From a virus, in the IMG/VR virus record IMGVR_UViG_3300023184_000038, positions 1-64,000 of that record: a stretch of DNA of 64,000 nucleotides. One strand, given 5' to 3'. The number at the start of each line of letters is the position of its first letter. Positions within the stretch are counted from its first letter, which is position 1. A model generated the notes under the pieces. The model made no database searches. It was not told the origin of the DNA and saw nothing but the letters and a program-made list of their open reading frames with translations. A program made the position numbers and the translations under genes. Shown here one piece after another: positions 5,425-14,210 of this stretch.

Positions 5425-6420
5425 GTGAAAAAACTACTTACAATTTTATTAATCGCATTATCTAGTAATGTACATGCACAAGAAATAACCGGGGCTGGTG
5501 CAACATTCCCCGCACCATTATATTCTAAATGGGCAAGTGATTACAACAAAGCAACCAACATAAAAGTCAATTATCAAAGTGTCGGAAGTGGCGCCGGATT
5601 GAAACAAATTGAATCAAAAACTGTGGCATTCGGGGCTAGTGATATGCCACTCACTGATGAAAGACTTAAAGAATTAGGGTTGTTTCAGTTTCCAACTGTA
5701 ATAGGTGGAGTTGTTCCTGTAATTAATATTAAAGGAATAGAATCTGGTAAACTAAAATTAACCGGTACGTTACTTGCTGATATTTATTTGGCTAAAATTA
5801 CTAAATGGGATGATGCAGCAATTAAAACTTTAAATCCTACCCTCTCATTGCCCAATGATAGTATTACCGTAATACGTAGAGCAGATGGATCTGGTACAAC
5901 ATTTATTTGGACTAATTACTTAAGTAAAGTTAGCCGAGAGTTTAAAGATACTATTGGCGAAGGTACTGCGGTCAACTGGAAAGTAGGAGCAGGCGGAAAA
6001 GGTAACGAAGGTGTTGCTGCTTTTGTTGCTAAAATTCCTAATAGTATTGGATATGTTGAATATGCATATGTTAAACAAAATAAAATGAATGCCGTGCAAG
6101 TTCAAAACTCTGCAGGTAATTGGATTAGTCCAACAGAAGATTCTTTTAAAGCAGCCGCATCTGGTGCTGATTGGAACAAAACATATTATCATATTTTAAC
6201 TAATCAATCTGATAAAAATGCATGGCCAATTTCTGGTGCTACATTTATTCTTGTACATGTAAAATCTGATAAACCAGAATCAGTTAAAACAAGTTTAGCA
6301 TTTTTTGATTGGGCATTTACAAATGGTGATCAAGCCGCAGATGATTTAGATTATGTAGCGTTGCCACTAACAGTAAAAAATAAGATTCGTACTGATTGGA
6401 AAAAATTAGGACTTTATTAA
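5425..6420 (+). CDS. pstS: Phosphate ABC transporter substrate-binding protein PstS
   Basis: Signal peptide, GAGATFPAPLY, NYQSVGSGAG, FGASD, RRADGSGTT, WPISGATF. Confidence 0.97.
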   Translation: MKKLLTILLIALSSNVHAQEITGAGATFPAPLYSKWASDYNKATNIKVNYQSVGSGAGLKQIESKTVAFGASDMPLTDERLKELGLFQFPTVIGGVVPVINIKGIESGKLKLTGTLLADIYLAKITKWDDAAIKTLNPTLSLPNDSITVIRRADGSGTTFIWTNYLSKVSREFKDTIGEGTAVNWKVGAGGKGNEGVAAFVAKIPNSIGYVEYAYVKQNKMNAVQVQNSAGNWISPTEDSFKAAASGADWNKTYYHILTNQSDKNAWPISGATFILVHVKSDKPESVKTSLAFFDWAFTNGDQAADDLDYVALPLTVKNKIRTDWKKLGLY

Positions 6421-6461
6421 ACCGGCTACAAAATAAGGTAGTGCTGGAACTCGTAACCAGC

Positions 6462-6485
6462 AATAGGGCTTATAGCCCTATTTTT
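6462..6485 (+). terminator. Intrinsic terminator
   Basis: aatagggct-tat-agccctatt followed by a T run. Confidence 0.65.
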
Positions 6486-6532
6486 ACCACTACAATAAAA
6501 TGTAGTAAATATTATTTTACAGGAGTATAAAA

Positions 6533-7093
6533 ATGACAGTATTAGCACTAGACGTTTCGGGAGTTCCAAGGCAGTGGATCTCACACGATGATGCAATTAC
6601 CTATCAGGCAAAAAAAGCTGTAGCCTGGAGTTTGGGCAAAATTGTGGCTAAATATCGCGGAGGTACACAAAATGATGGCACTCCTAGTTATTTGGAAACT
6701 TCTAGTATTATTGCAATTAAAGGACATGGATTCAATCCATACAAACATTCTACTGTAGCGTTAACCAATAAAACATTATTTGGACGTGACCGAAATATTT
6801 GTGCATACTGTGGAGGACATTTTACAAATTTTAATCATTTAAGTAGAGACCATATTGTTCCTAAATTCTTAGGTGGGGTAAATGTTTGGACTAATGTAGT
6901 TTCAGCTTGTAAAAATTGCAACAGTAAAAAAGGTCATAAGACATTGAAAGAAGCACGAATGGAATTATTATATGTACCGTATGTGCCAACACATTTTGAA
7001 AATATGATTTTACAAAATAGAAATATTCTATCTGACCAGATGGATTATTTGTTGTCAGGTGTACCAAAAAATTCTAGGATTTGGTTAATGTAG
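6533..7093 (+). CDS. HNH endonuclease
   Basis: RDRNICAYCG...SRDHIVP...GG...WTNVVSACKNCNSKKG. Confidence 0.92.
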   Translation: MTVLALDVSGVPRQWISHDDAITYQAKKAVAWSLGKIVAKYRGGTQNDGTPSYLETSSIIAIKGHGFNPYKHSTVALTNKTLFGRDRNICAYCGGHFTNFNHLSRDHIVPKFLGGVNVWTNVVSACKNCNSKKGHKTLKEARMELLYVPYVPTHFENMILQNRNILSDQMDYLLSGVPKNSRIWLM

Positions 7094-7094
7094 A

Positions 7095-7123
7095 TTGACA
7101 ATAACTCAATCTTATGTTACAAT
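7095..7123 (+). promoter_or_regulatory. sigma70-type promoter for tRNA-Arg
   Basis: TTGACA-17-TACAAT. Confidence 0.65.
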
Positions 7124-7177
7124 AAAGACAAATCAGAAAGTTATCCGGTATTGATTTACTGGATAATACAACAATTT

Positions 7178-7253
7178 CAGCCTATAGTGAAACTGGATAT
7201 CACATAATTCTTCTAAATTTATAGTCCCTGTTCGAGTCAGGGTGGGCTGACCA
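7178..7253 (+). tRNA. tRNA-Arg(TCT)
   Basis: Acceptor cagccta/tgggctg, loop cttctaa, T arm ccctg-ttcgagt-caggg, ACCA. Confidence 0.85.
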
Positions 7254-7299
7254 TAAAATGTATAAATATATTTAAATTTACACTTTAAGGAAATAATAA

Positions 7300-8037
7300 A
7301 TGAATATACTTTGTTACGAGAATCACATGGCGGGTGGCTTAATGTGTGATTTACTAAATAATACCAGCCTGGCCAATGTTCTCTCATTAAAGAAAAGTTC
7401 GGACCTACCGTATACGATTTACAATCGAGAGCATCATATGTTAAAGAGTGGTATAATTGATCCTCTAATAGATATAGGTAACGGGGTGTTCACTGATAAG
7501 ATATATTCGGCATGCATACGTGAACTCAAATATCGGAATAAACCGCAAGATACATGGGTAGGAACACATTGGCATCCTACAGTTATTCCAGACCATATAT
7601 TAACTAGTAACAAGGTCATAGTCATTACAAATGAGAGATATGCTAGTCGATTATTATTATTTATAAGATTAGTCAATGGGATTATTAAAATAGGGAAAGG
7701 GATTACACCATGGGATGTTGCCCTAGGAAAAAAACCCAGTACTGATATAACTGAAGCAATATTATCTGCCGGATTTAATATTAATGATTTATTAGATGAA
7801 TCTATAATGTTTGATCTTTTTCCTGACCAATTAAAAAAGTGTAAAAGTCATGCTAATCATAGATGGATATCTCATTCGTTATGCCAAAACGTAGAATTTG
7901 AAGATATAGTAAATGGTAATTTTGTAAGAGACAACAATTTAAATATCGAAGTATTCAATTATTGGAAAAGTATAAATCCTTTTTTATATCAAGAGCCCAG
8001 TCAAAAATTAAAGGATTATTTTGATTCTTCATTGTAG
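7300..8037 (+). CDS. Hypothetical protein (paralog of 8169..8945)
   Basis: SD AAGGA, C-terminal two-thirds nearly identical to the next gene. Confidence 0.8.
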   Translation: MNILCYENHMAGGLMCDLLNNTSLANVLSLKKSSDLPYTIYNREHHMLKSGIIDPLIDIGNGVFTDKIYSACIRELKYRNKPQDTWVGTHWHPTVIPDHILTSNKVIVITNERYASRLLLFIRLVNGIIKIGKGITPWDVALGKKPSTDITEAILSAGFNINDLLDESIMFDLFPDQLKKCKSHANHRWISHSLCQNVEFEDIVNGNFVRDNNLNIEVFNYWKSINPFLYQEPSQKLKDYFDSSL

Positions 8038-8168
8038 AATATGGATCTAGACATCGGCAAATTTACTTCTCGCTTCCAATTCTATTTCTTGCAAGGGCGG
8101 ACCGGTTCGAGTCAGGGTGGGCTGACCATAAAATGTATAAATATATTTAACTTATACGGAAATCATAA

Positions 8169-8945
8169 ATGAATATAATTTGTTTTAGTTCGCACTCTGC
8201 GGGAGGGATAATGTGTGATTTACTAAATAATACCAGTTTGGACCGTGTTGCCTCAACCAGGAAACGTATGGATCCACAGTATGTGATTTTCAATAGAGAG
8301 CATAATATGTTAAAGGGTGTTAGAGTTGATCCAACAATAATAGTAAAGGATAGAATCTTAAGTAAAAATCCATATATAGATATAAGTAACGGGGTGTTCA
8401 ATAATGAGATGTATTTGGAATGTATACGTGAACTCAAATATCGGAATAAACCGCAAGATACATGGGTAGGAACACATTGGCATCCTACAGTTATTCCAAA
8501 CCATATATTAACTAGTAATAAGGTCATAGTCATTGCAACCGAGAGATATGCTAGTCGATTATTATTATTTATAAGATTAGTCCATGGGATTATTAAAGTA
8601 GGGAAAGGGATTCCACCGTGGGATGTTGCCCTAGGAAAAAAACCCAGTACTGATATAACTGAAGCAATATTATCTGCCGGATTTAATATTAACGATTTAT
8701 TAGATGAATCTATAATGTTTGATCTTTTTCCTGACCAATTAAAAAGGTATAAAAGTCAGGCTAATCATAGATGGAAATCTCATTCGTTATGCCAAAACGT
8801 AGAATTTGAAGATATAGTAAATGGTAATTTTGTAAGAGACAACAATTTAAATATCGAAGTATTCAATTATTGGAAAAGTATAAATCCTTTTTTATATCAA
8901 GAGCCCAGTCAAAAATTAAAGGATTATTTTGACAGGGTGGGCTGA
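8169..8945 (+). CDS. Hypothetical protein (paralog of 7300..8037)
   Basis: 258 aa ORF whose stop codon is supplied by the tRNA-derived repeat. Confidence 0.8.
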   Translation: MNIICFSSHSAGGIMCDLLNNTSLDRVASTRKRMDPQYVIFNREHNMLKGVRVDPTIIVKDRILSKNPYIDISNGVFNNEMYLECIRELKYRNKPQDTWVGTHWHPTVIPNHILTSNKVIVIATERYASRLLLFIRLVHGIIKVGKGIPPWDVALGKKPSTDITEAILSAGFNINDLLDESIMFDLFPDQLKRYKSQANHRWKSHSLCQNVEFEDIVNGNFVRDNNLNIEVFNYWKSINPFLYQEPSQKLKDYFDRVG

Positions 8946-8963
8946 CCATAAACATATGCAAAT

Positions 8964-9245
8964 TTACTTCTCGCTTCCAATTCTATTTAAAATGTTCATT
9001 GCCCGGGTTCTTAACCGGTCAGTAAATTCTGACTCAGTTAGCACACCTTTGGCAAGATTACATTTTCTACAAGTTACTTGTAAGTTGTCATATGTGGTTT
9101 GTCCACCTTTAGATTCAGCAAGAACATGGTCCATATGAACCTCTTTATCAGTCAAATCATCATCACAATAAACACAATGTATCCCGTCACGTTCTATTAC
9201 TCGACGGCGCAAATAATTTGGAATTCGTTCTTTGGGCGTCAACAT
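8964..9245 (-). CDS. Small HNH endonuclease
   Basis: RDGIHCVYCD..HMDHVLAESKGG...NLQVTCRKCNLAKG. Start moved to MLTPK so the gene does not overlap tRNA-Leu. Confidence 0.9.
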   Translation of the reverse strand: MLTPKERIPNYLRRRVIERDGIHCVYCDDDLTDKEVHMDHVLAESKGGQTTYDNLQVTCRKCNLAKGVLTESEFTDRLRTRAMNILNRIGSEK

Positions 9246-9267
9246 TTGAGTATTTATGAATGATTTC

Positions 9268-9296
9268 TTGACAATAATTATAAATCCATGTATAAT
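9268..9296 (+). promoter_or_regulatory. sigma70-type promoter
   Basis: TTGACA-17-TATAAT upstream of tRNA-Leu. Confidence 0.8.
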
Positions 9297-9339
9297 ACAG
9301 TCTAAAGTGAAGAACATATAAGGGACAGAAAAGAACAAT

Positions 9340-9424
9340 GCGACTGTGATGTAATTGGTAGCCATAGCAGACTTAAAATCTGCCGCCGAAAGGCGTACCG
9401 GTTCGATTCCGGTCAGTCGCACCA
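9340..9424 (+). tRNA. tRNA-Leu(TAA)
   Basis: gcaga-cttaaaa-tctgc, long V arm, ACCA. Confidence 0.94.
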
Positions 9425-9443
9425 AACATTTAACAAGGAAAAA

Positions 9444-9632
9444 ATGAAACCAAAAAGCACATTTAAAATGCCAAAACGTACTAAAACAATTAGAGCGTTA
9501 ATTGGCTTTACTGATAAAGAACAAAGTTATGCTTTCAAACGCATGATGATCCAGGCACACTTAGAAAGTGAACTTAAACCTGCTAGAGAAAAGGGTAATA
9601 AATTTGTTCCCGGACAATCACCTCAAGATTGA
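9444..9632 (+). CDS. Small basic hypothetical protein
   Basis: AAGGA SD, 62 aa. Confidence 0.7.
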   Translation: MKPKSTFKMPKRTKTIRALIGFTDKEQSYAFKRMMIQAHLESELKPAREKGNKFVPGQSPQD

Positions 9633-9679
9633 ACTTAATCAAAAACTTATACTGCAATGTTTTTAACAGGAGATAACGT

Positions 9680-9901
9680 ATGAATGAAAGTCGAGCAAGA
9701 TATACTAGTGAGGAAGCCGCTTTAGCGGTTGGTAATAGATTTGATTTAGTGCTTATTGCATCTGCAAGAGTACGTGAATTAAAACGAGGACATTTGCCAA
9801 AACTTAATTCTAACAAAGCCGGTCCAATTGTTACTGCCTTAATGGAAATTGAAAAGGGACTAGTGGGTCGTGAATATCTTAATAAAATAGATATCTATTA
9901 A
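9680..9901 (+). CDS. rpoZ: RNA polymerase omega subunit homolog
   Basis: VGNRFDLVLIASARVREL...IVTALMEIEKGLV matches the omega signature. Confidence 0.9.
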   Translation: MNESRARYTSEEAALAVGNRFDLVLIASARVRELKRGHLPKLNSNKAGPIVTALMEIEKGLVGREYLNKIDIY

Positions 9902-9908
9902 TTAAGAT

Positions 9909-10370
9909 ATGCCTAAATTATATATGTTGGTTGGCATTCCTTGTTCAGGTAAAAGCACTTGGGTATCAAATCAATATTGGTCAATTCCTTGCGCCATTAT
10001 CAATACAGATAAGTGGGTTGAAATTTATGCTAAAGAAGTAGGTCTTACCTATTCCGAAGTGTTTACAGATTTCATGCCCACAGCAATTGGCTTAATGGCT
10101 GAAGAAGTGATTGCTGCACGAGAATTAAATAGAGATATAATTTGGGATCAGACTTCTACTACAATTAAAAGCCGTAAGAAAAAGTTTCTAATGTTACCTG
10201 ATTATCACGCAATTGCAGTAGTGTTTAAACCACCTAGTACTAAAGAGTTAGAATTTAGATTAAATAATAGGCCTGGCAAAATAGTGCCAAAACATGTAGT
10301 ACAGTCAATGATTGATAATTGGGAAGAACCTACTATAGAAGAAGGCTTCAAAGATATTTGGTATGTTTAA
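9909..10370 (+). CDS. P-loop kinase (AAA_33 / polynucleotide kinase-like)
   Basis: MLVGIPCSGKSTW, IIWDQT, RLNNR, EEPTIEEGF. Confidence 0.85.
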   Translation: MPKLYMLVGIPCSGKSTWVSNQYWSIPCAIINTDKWVEIYAKEVGLTYSEVFTDFMPTAIGLMAEEVIAARELNRDIIWDQTSTTIKSRKKKFLMLPDYHAIAVVFKPPSTKELEFRLNNRPGKIVPKHVVQSMIDNWEEPTIEEGFKDIWYV

Positions 10371-10420
10371 AACCATCATGTAATAATACTTACATATATC
10401 GTAGCATAAATACAGGTACT

Positions 10421-10861
10421 ATGCTACAATTTATTAAAGACATTTCACACACACTATTAGATTTTATAAAAGATGACCCCGTAAGACCTGAAATCTCAAC
10501 TGATTTTAGAGTTACTAACGGAAGAATGGTTGCTGCATTAGTTGAAGATAATAAACCTGATGCAATGGTGTGTATTAGTTTTCATGATTTTGTCCCAGAC
10601 TCGGTAGAAGGTCTAAGTAATTTTTCAATAGACCCCACCACTGCGGTGTTTTATACTATTTGGAGTTACAAAGCAGGCAAGGGTGTAGAGTTACTTAATC
10701 AAACAGTTAAGTGTATATTTGACCAATATCCCAATATTAATAGATTTGTGACACTTAGTCCAAAAACTATTATGGCTCGCAGATTTCATTTAAAAAACGG
10801 TGCAATTATTCTTAGAGAAAATTTAGAAACTATTAACTATGAATATGTAAGACAACGGTAA
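10421..10861 (+). CDS. Hypothetical protein, GNAT/malonyl-CoA decarboxylase C-terminal-like
   Basis: TAVFYTIWSY...G.ELL...RFVTLSP motifs, start chosen at MLQF. Confidence 0.6.
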   Translation: MLQFIKDISHTLLDFIKDDPVRPEISTDFRVTNGRMVAALVEDNKPDAMVCISFHDFVPDSVEGLSNFSIDPTTAVFYTIWSYKAGKGVELLNQTVKCIFDQYPNINRFVTLSPKTIMARRFHLKNGAIILRENLETINYEYVRQR

Positions 10862-10866
10862 ATTTT

Positions 10867-11331
10867 GTGCTTATACAATTTATATATCAAGATAACAACT
10901 ATTCTATTAAAAAAGAACTTGTTGCCAAACAACTATGTGATTCAGTATTTAAAATTATTACCTTGCCTGACTCATTAGAAATAGAATTTATTACTATGAG
11001 TGATTCCGTGTACGGGGAAACAATGTTAGATAGTAGATTTAAAAATCGTATTAGAATTAATAGTGTACTAACTGAACGAGAAATAATAATTCCAATTGTA
11101 CATGAATTGATTCATGTACATCAAATTCATACAAACAAACTACAATTAAAAAGTAACGGAACCTGTGTTTGGAATAACAAAATTTATAAATTATCACAGC
11201 CAAATAAACTTAATAATAGTGAGTACTCACTTTTACCATGGGAAATAGATGTTGTAAATAAACAACAATCGGTACTAAATGAGGTTTTCAGTCAAATGTT
11301 GTTAAAAAACAACACCGGTATACTGGAATAA
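10867..11331 (+). CDS. Putative HEXXH metallopeptidase
   Basis: VHELIHVHQ...PWEIDV. Confidence 0.75.
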   Translation: MLIQFIYQDNNYSIKKELVAKQLCDSVFKIITLPDSLEIEFITMSDSVYGETMLDSRFKNRIRINSVLTEREIIIPIVHELIHVHQIHTNKLQLKSNGTCVWNNKIYKLSQPNKLNNSEYSLLPWEIDVVNKQQSVLNEVFSQMLLKNNTGILE

Positions 11332-11358
11332 ACACTGGATTAAACTGGATTATTTCGG

Positions 11359-11387
11359 TTGACAATAAATTCAACTTGTGTTATAAT
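11359..11387 (+). promoter_or_regulatory. sigma70-type promoter
   Basis: TTGACA-17-TATAAT. Confidence 0.8.
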
Positions 11388-11393
11388 TCATAC

Positions 11394-11723
11394 ATGAACA
11401 CGAAAATACGCAAGCGTCGGACTGATCGTAATCACTTAATTTATTGTGTATCTAATATTTTGACCGGCGAACAATATATCGGGCTGACCGGTATTAACGG
11501 ATCCGGCTCTATTAAAAAGACACTACATCGCCGTATGCAAAAGCATACCCAACGAGCATTGACTGAAACTAAATCATGGGGTATGTGTAATGCATTGCGG
11601 ACATTTGGCCCCGAAGCATTTACATACGGTTTAGTAGAAGTTATTCGTGGCAAGCGTCCGGCTCATGCCCGTGAAACTGAATTGATTAAACAGTTTAATC
11701 CAGTATTAAATACCTTTAAGTAA
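11394..11723 (+). CDS. GIY-YIG nuclease family protein
   Basis: LIYCVSN..EQYIGLT..R..H..RETELIKQFNPVLN. Confidence 0.8.
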   Translation: MNTKIRKRRTDRNHLIYCVSNILTGEQYIGLTGINGSGSIKKTLHRRMQKHTQRALTETKSWGMCNALRTFGPEAFTYGLVEVIRGKRPAHARETELIKQFNPVLNTFK

Positions 11724-11734
11724 TAGTAACTATT

Positions 11735-12142
11735 ATGGAATTCAAAATTGAAGCCGCAAGTCATTTGCGTAGAAAATTTCTAGGTGCAATTATGCCATCG
11801 ATAATTGAACAATTGGGTTTGTTAAATAGTAAAAAAGCAGTATTAGTTATTGTTGAAGATAACAAAACTAATAATATGGGATGTACTGTTAATATTGATG
11901 CACTTGATTCTTATGTCATTTCAATTAAACCTGCCTCTTTAAAAAGTATTGGGTTAACATTGGCACATGAAATGGTTCACGTTAGACAATTAGCAAAAGG
12001 TATGTTAAAGCCAATGGGCAATGGCGTTAACATTTGGAGAGGCAAGAAATATACTAAAAAAACAAAATATTTAAATATGCCATGGGAATTAGATGCATTT
12101 TCCCGACAAGAAATTTTATTTCGTAGAGCAATTGACGATTAA
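11735..12142 (+). CDS. Putative HEXXH metallopeptidase
   Basis: TLAHEMVHVRQ...PWELDA. Confidence 0.78.
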   Translation: MEFKIEAASHLRRKFLGAIMPSIIEQLGLLNSKKAVLVIVEDNKTNNMGCTVNIDALDSYVISIKPASLKSIGLTLAHEMVHVRQLAKGMLKPMGNGVNIWRGKKYTKKTKYLNMPWELDAFSRQEILFRRAIDD

Positions 12143-12155
12143 TATAGGAGTAATA

Positions 12156-12452
12156 ATGGACACTGTATTGTGTAAAGATTGTAAACATAGTTTTCGTAAC
12201 TTTTCAAGTGTATTATATTGGGGGTCTGGTATTGAATATAAATGTCGGAAATCATTTACTGAAAAATCTAATACTGATTTAGTAATAGGAGGTACTACAC
12301 TTAGTATTGAATACAAAAGGTGTAGTGAATTTAGATTAGATGCCCCTCTTCTCAACTATTGCGGTCCTGCTGGAACATTTTGGCAACCTAAACATAAAAA
12401 AGATTTGTTTAAATTTATTAAACATCTTGGTAACTTAGACCAAAAAAATTGA
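12156..12452 (+). CDS. Cys-rich hypothetical protein
   Basis: AGGAG SD, CKDCKH...C...C...CGP..FWQPK. Confidence 0.7.
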   Translation: MDTVLCKDCKHSFRNFSSVLYWGSGIEYKCRKSFTEKSNTDLVIGGTTLSIEYKRCSEFRLDAPLLNYCGPAGTFWQPKHKKDLFKFIKHLGNLDQKN

Positions 12453-12506
12453 CTTCAAAATCAAATAATGCTATCATAGCAATATGATTTAACTTTTGGA
12501 TTAAAA

Positions 12507-12713
12507 ATGAATCTACAACATACCAATACAGATAATCCAATTGATTTTCCTGTAACAGAGCAGAGCCTTGTATATCGTTTACGCAAACGTGCAGAGATTC
12601 GCCGACAGATTGCAGGACGAAAAAGTGTGCAAGAGGGCAAGCCGGATCGGCTTGCAGACCTGTTGGATGAGGCTGCGGATGAACTTGAAAGATTACGAGG
12701 AGTTGAAAAATGA
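12507..12713 (+). CDS. Hypothetical protein
   Basis: LVYRLRKRA...ADLLDEAADELERLR, ATGA-coupled to the next gene. Confidence 0.75.
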   Translation: MNLQHTNTDNPIDFPVTEQSLVYRLRKRAEIRRQIAGRKSVQEGKPDRLADLLDEAADELERLRGVEK

Positions 12714-12940
12714 ACAAACGTATTGGACCTATCATCCTAGACGGGGAAACAGCAGATCGTATCACCCTGCTGAACTTGAAAGATTATCGTAATTACCTTA
12801 CAAAAGAGCTTGCCGAATGGCGAAAGAATCCCCATACTAGTGATAATCCCGATGGTGTTTGGATGCAACCAGAAGATGTTACAGGTAACGGGGCAACCAT
12901 TGCCTCACTTAATCTAATCATCAAACATTTTGGAGGTTGA
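12710..12940 (+). CDS. Hypothetical protein
   Basis: GGAG SD, ends IKHFGG. Confidence 0.72.
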   Translation: MNKRIGPIILDGETADRITLLNLKDYRNYLTKELAEWRKNPHTSDNPDGVWMQPEDVTGNGATIASLNLIIKHFGG

Positions 12941-12943
12941 AGA

Positions 12944-13222
12944 ATGAACGAACGAATTAAACTACTGGCTGAACAGGCTACTACCCGCATTGATCCCATA
13001 GCTCATGACGGAGTATGTTGGGACTTTGACAAAGAAAAGTTCGCCCAGTTGATTGTGGCTGAATGTATCGCCCAATGTGAAAAAGTTGCCTCAGATGCTG
13101 ATGACATGGCTAAAAGCAAATTTGTAACTGATGCAGGGCGTATGCTACATGAAGGCATGTGGGGAGGTGCTACAAATAGTGGTGCTCAGATTAAACAACA
13201 TTTTTACGGAGATGAAGAATGA
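12944..13222 (+). CDS. MNERIK-EKFAELIV-HFG family small protein
   Basis: Paralogous ends shared with 13394 and 13980. Confidence 0.78.
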   Translation: MNERIKLLAEQATTRIDPIAHDGVCWDFDKEKFAQLIVAECIAQCEKVASDADDMAKSKFVTDAGRMLHEGMWGGATNSGAQIKQHFYGDEE

Positions 13223-13422
13223 CCGAACTTGAAACATTGTTAAAAAATCATATCTGGTCTCTTAAAGGATATGTGACTCGCTCTGCCGTGGATAAGGCTA
13301 TGCGACTATCCCCGGGGGCCGAGTCTATTGGATTGTGGGAAAAATACTGCCCATGGAGTGACACCAACGGCGGTTATATCAACTGGATTAACAATGAACA
13401 AACGAATTCGAGAACTTGTTGA
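13219..13422 (+). CDS. Hypothetical protein
   Basis: GGAG SD and ATGA overlap. Confidence 0.6.
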   Translation: MTELETLLKNHIWSLKGYVTRSAVDKAMRLSPGAESIGLWEKYCPWSDTNGGYINWINNEQTNSRTC

Positions 13423-13627
13423 AAAGTCTTATATCTATGATCGACAGAATGATTCATCGATCTTCGATAAGGAAAAGTTTGCCGAGTTGATTGTGCGGGA
13501 ATGTATTGCAGAAATCGAATCAGTTAAAGTAGATGAATATGGAACCGATGTTTATGACATCGGGTATGATGATGGGCTAACACAATCAGTAGAAACTATT
13601 AAAGAACATTTCGGAGTTGAACTATGA
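13394..13627 (+). CDS. MNERIK-EKFAELIV-HFG family small protein
   Basis: MNKRIRELV..EKFAELIVREC..IKEHFGVEL. Confidence 0.78.
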   Translation: MNKRIRELVEKSYIYDRQNDSSIFDKEKFAELIVRECIAEIESVKVDEYGTDVYDIGYDDGLTQSVETIKEHFGVEL

Positions 13628-13983
13628 ACAATGAAATCACAACAGAAATGCTGGACCGTACAATGGCATGGTGTGAGCAAAATGCATTTTGGGGCAATCC
13701 TCGTGCCATACAGCGTATGCAGGATTTCTACATTGAAAAGACTCGCGCCAGTGTGAACGAGGATTGGCCAGGCACTGATGGCATGGAAGCAGCCCCTTTG
13801 GGTCATTTACGGTATCGTATTTACTACAGTAAAGATCTACTTACTAGTAGAGTGTTTATATTCCGCCCTCACTGCACTTGGGACGAACAGAAAATCATGT
13901 TGGACATGGGTTTTGTAGTTGCACAGGACGGAGACTCCAACAACATCCCCGACCAACCTGTAGAAGAAGGAGTTGAAGAATGA
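13624..13983 (+). CDS. Hypothetical protein
   Basis: ATGA-coupled at both ends, ends GVEE. Confidence 0.72.
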   Translation: MNNEITTEMLDRTMAWCEQNAFWGNPRAIQRMQDFYIEKTRASVNEDWPGTDGMEAAPLGHLRYRIYYSKDLLTSRVFIFRPHCTWDEQKIMLDMGFVVAQDGDSNNIPDQPVEEGVEE

Positions 13984-14210
13984 ATGAACGAATTAAAGAA
14001 CTTGCCAAGCAGTCTAATATACATTTTAGTCGTGTTGGAATTTTAGATGGCGATCCAAATGGATCTGCTAGGATGGTTGGTTATTCTAAGTTGGAAAAGT
14101 TTGCCGAGTTGATTGTTCGGGAATGTGCCGCACAAGTTGATTGGATACTTGCTGAAGGTGGCAAGACACAAGGCGATATGCTCAAAGAACATTTCGGAGT
14201 TGAAGAATGA
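13980..14210 (+). CDS. MNERIK-EKFAELIV-HFG family small protein
   Basis: MNERIKELA..EKFAELIVREC..LKEHFGVEE. Confidence 0.78.
   Translation: MNERIKELAKQSNIHFSRVGILDGDPNGSARMVGYSKLEKFAELIVRECAAQVDWILAEGGKTQGDMLKEHFGVEE

Larger units (their letters stand above)
7230..8952 (+). repeat. Direct repeats of the tRNA-Arg 3' end flanking duplicated genes
   Basis: 46 bp identical at 7230-7275 and 8105-8150, with the 20 bp core again at 8933-8952. Confidence 0.85.

Noticed and set aside
11322-11352. Three short ACTGGA repeats before a promoter
   Set aside because: Too short and irregularly spaced to support an iteron or operator call
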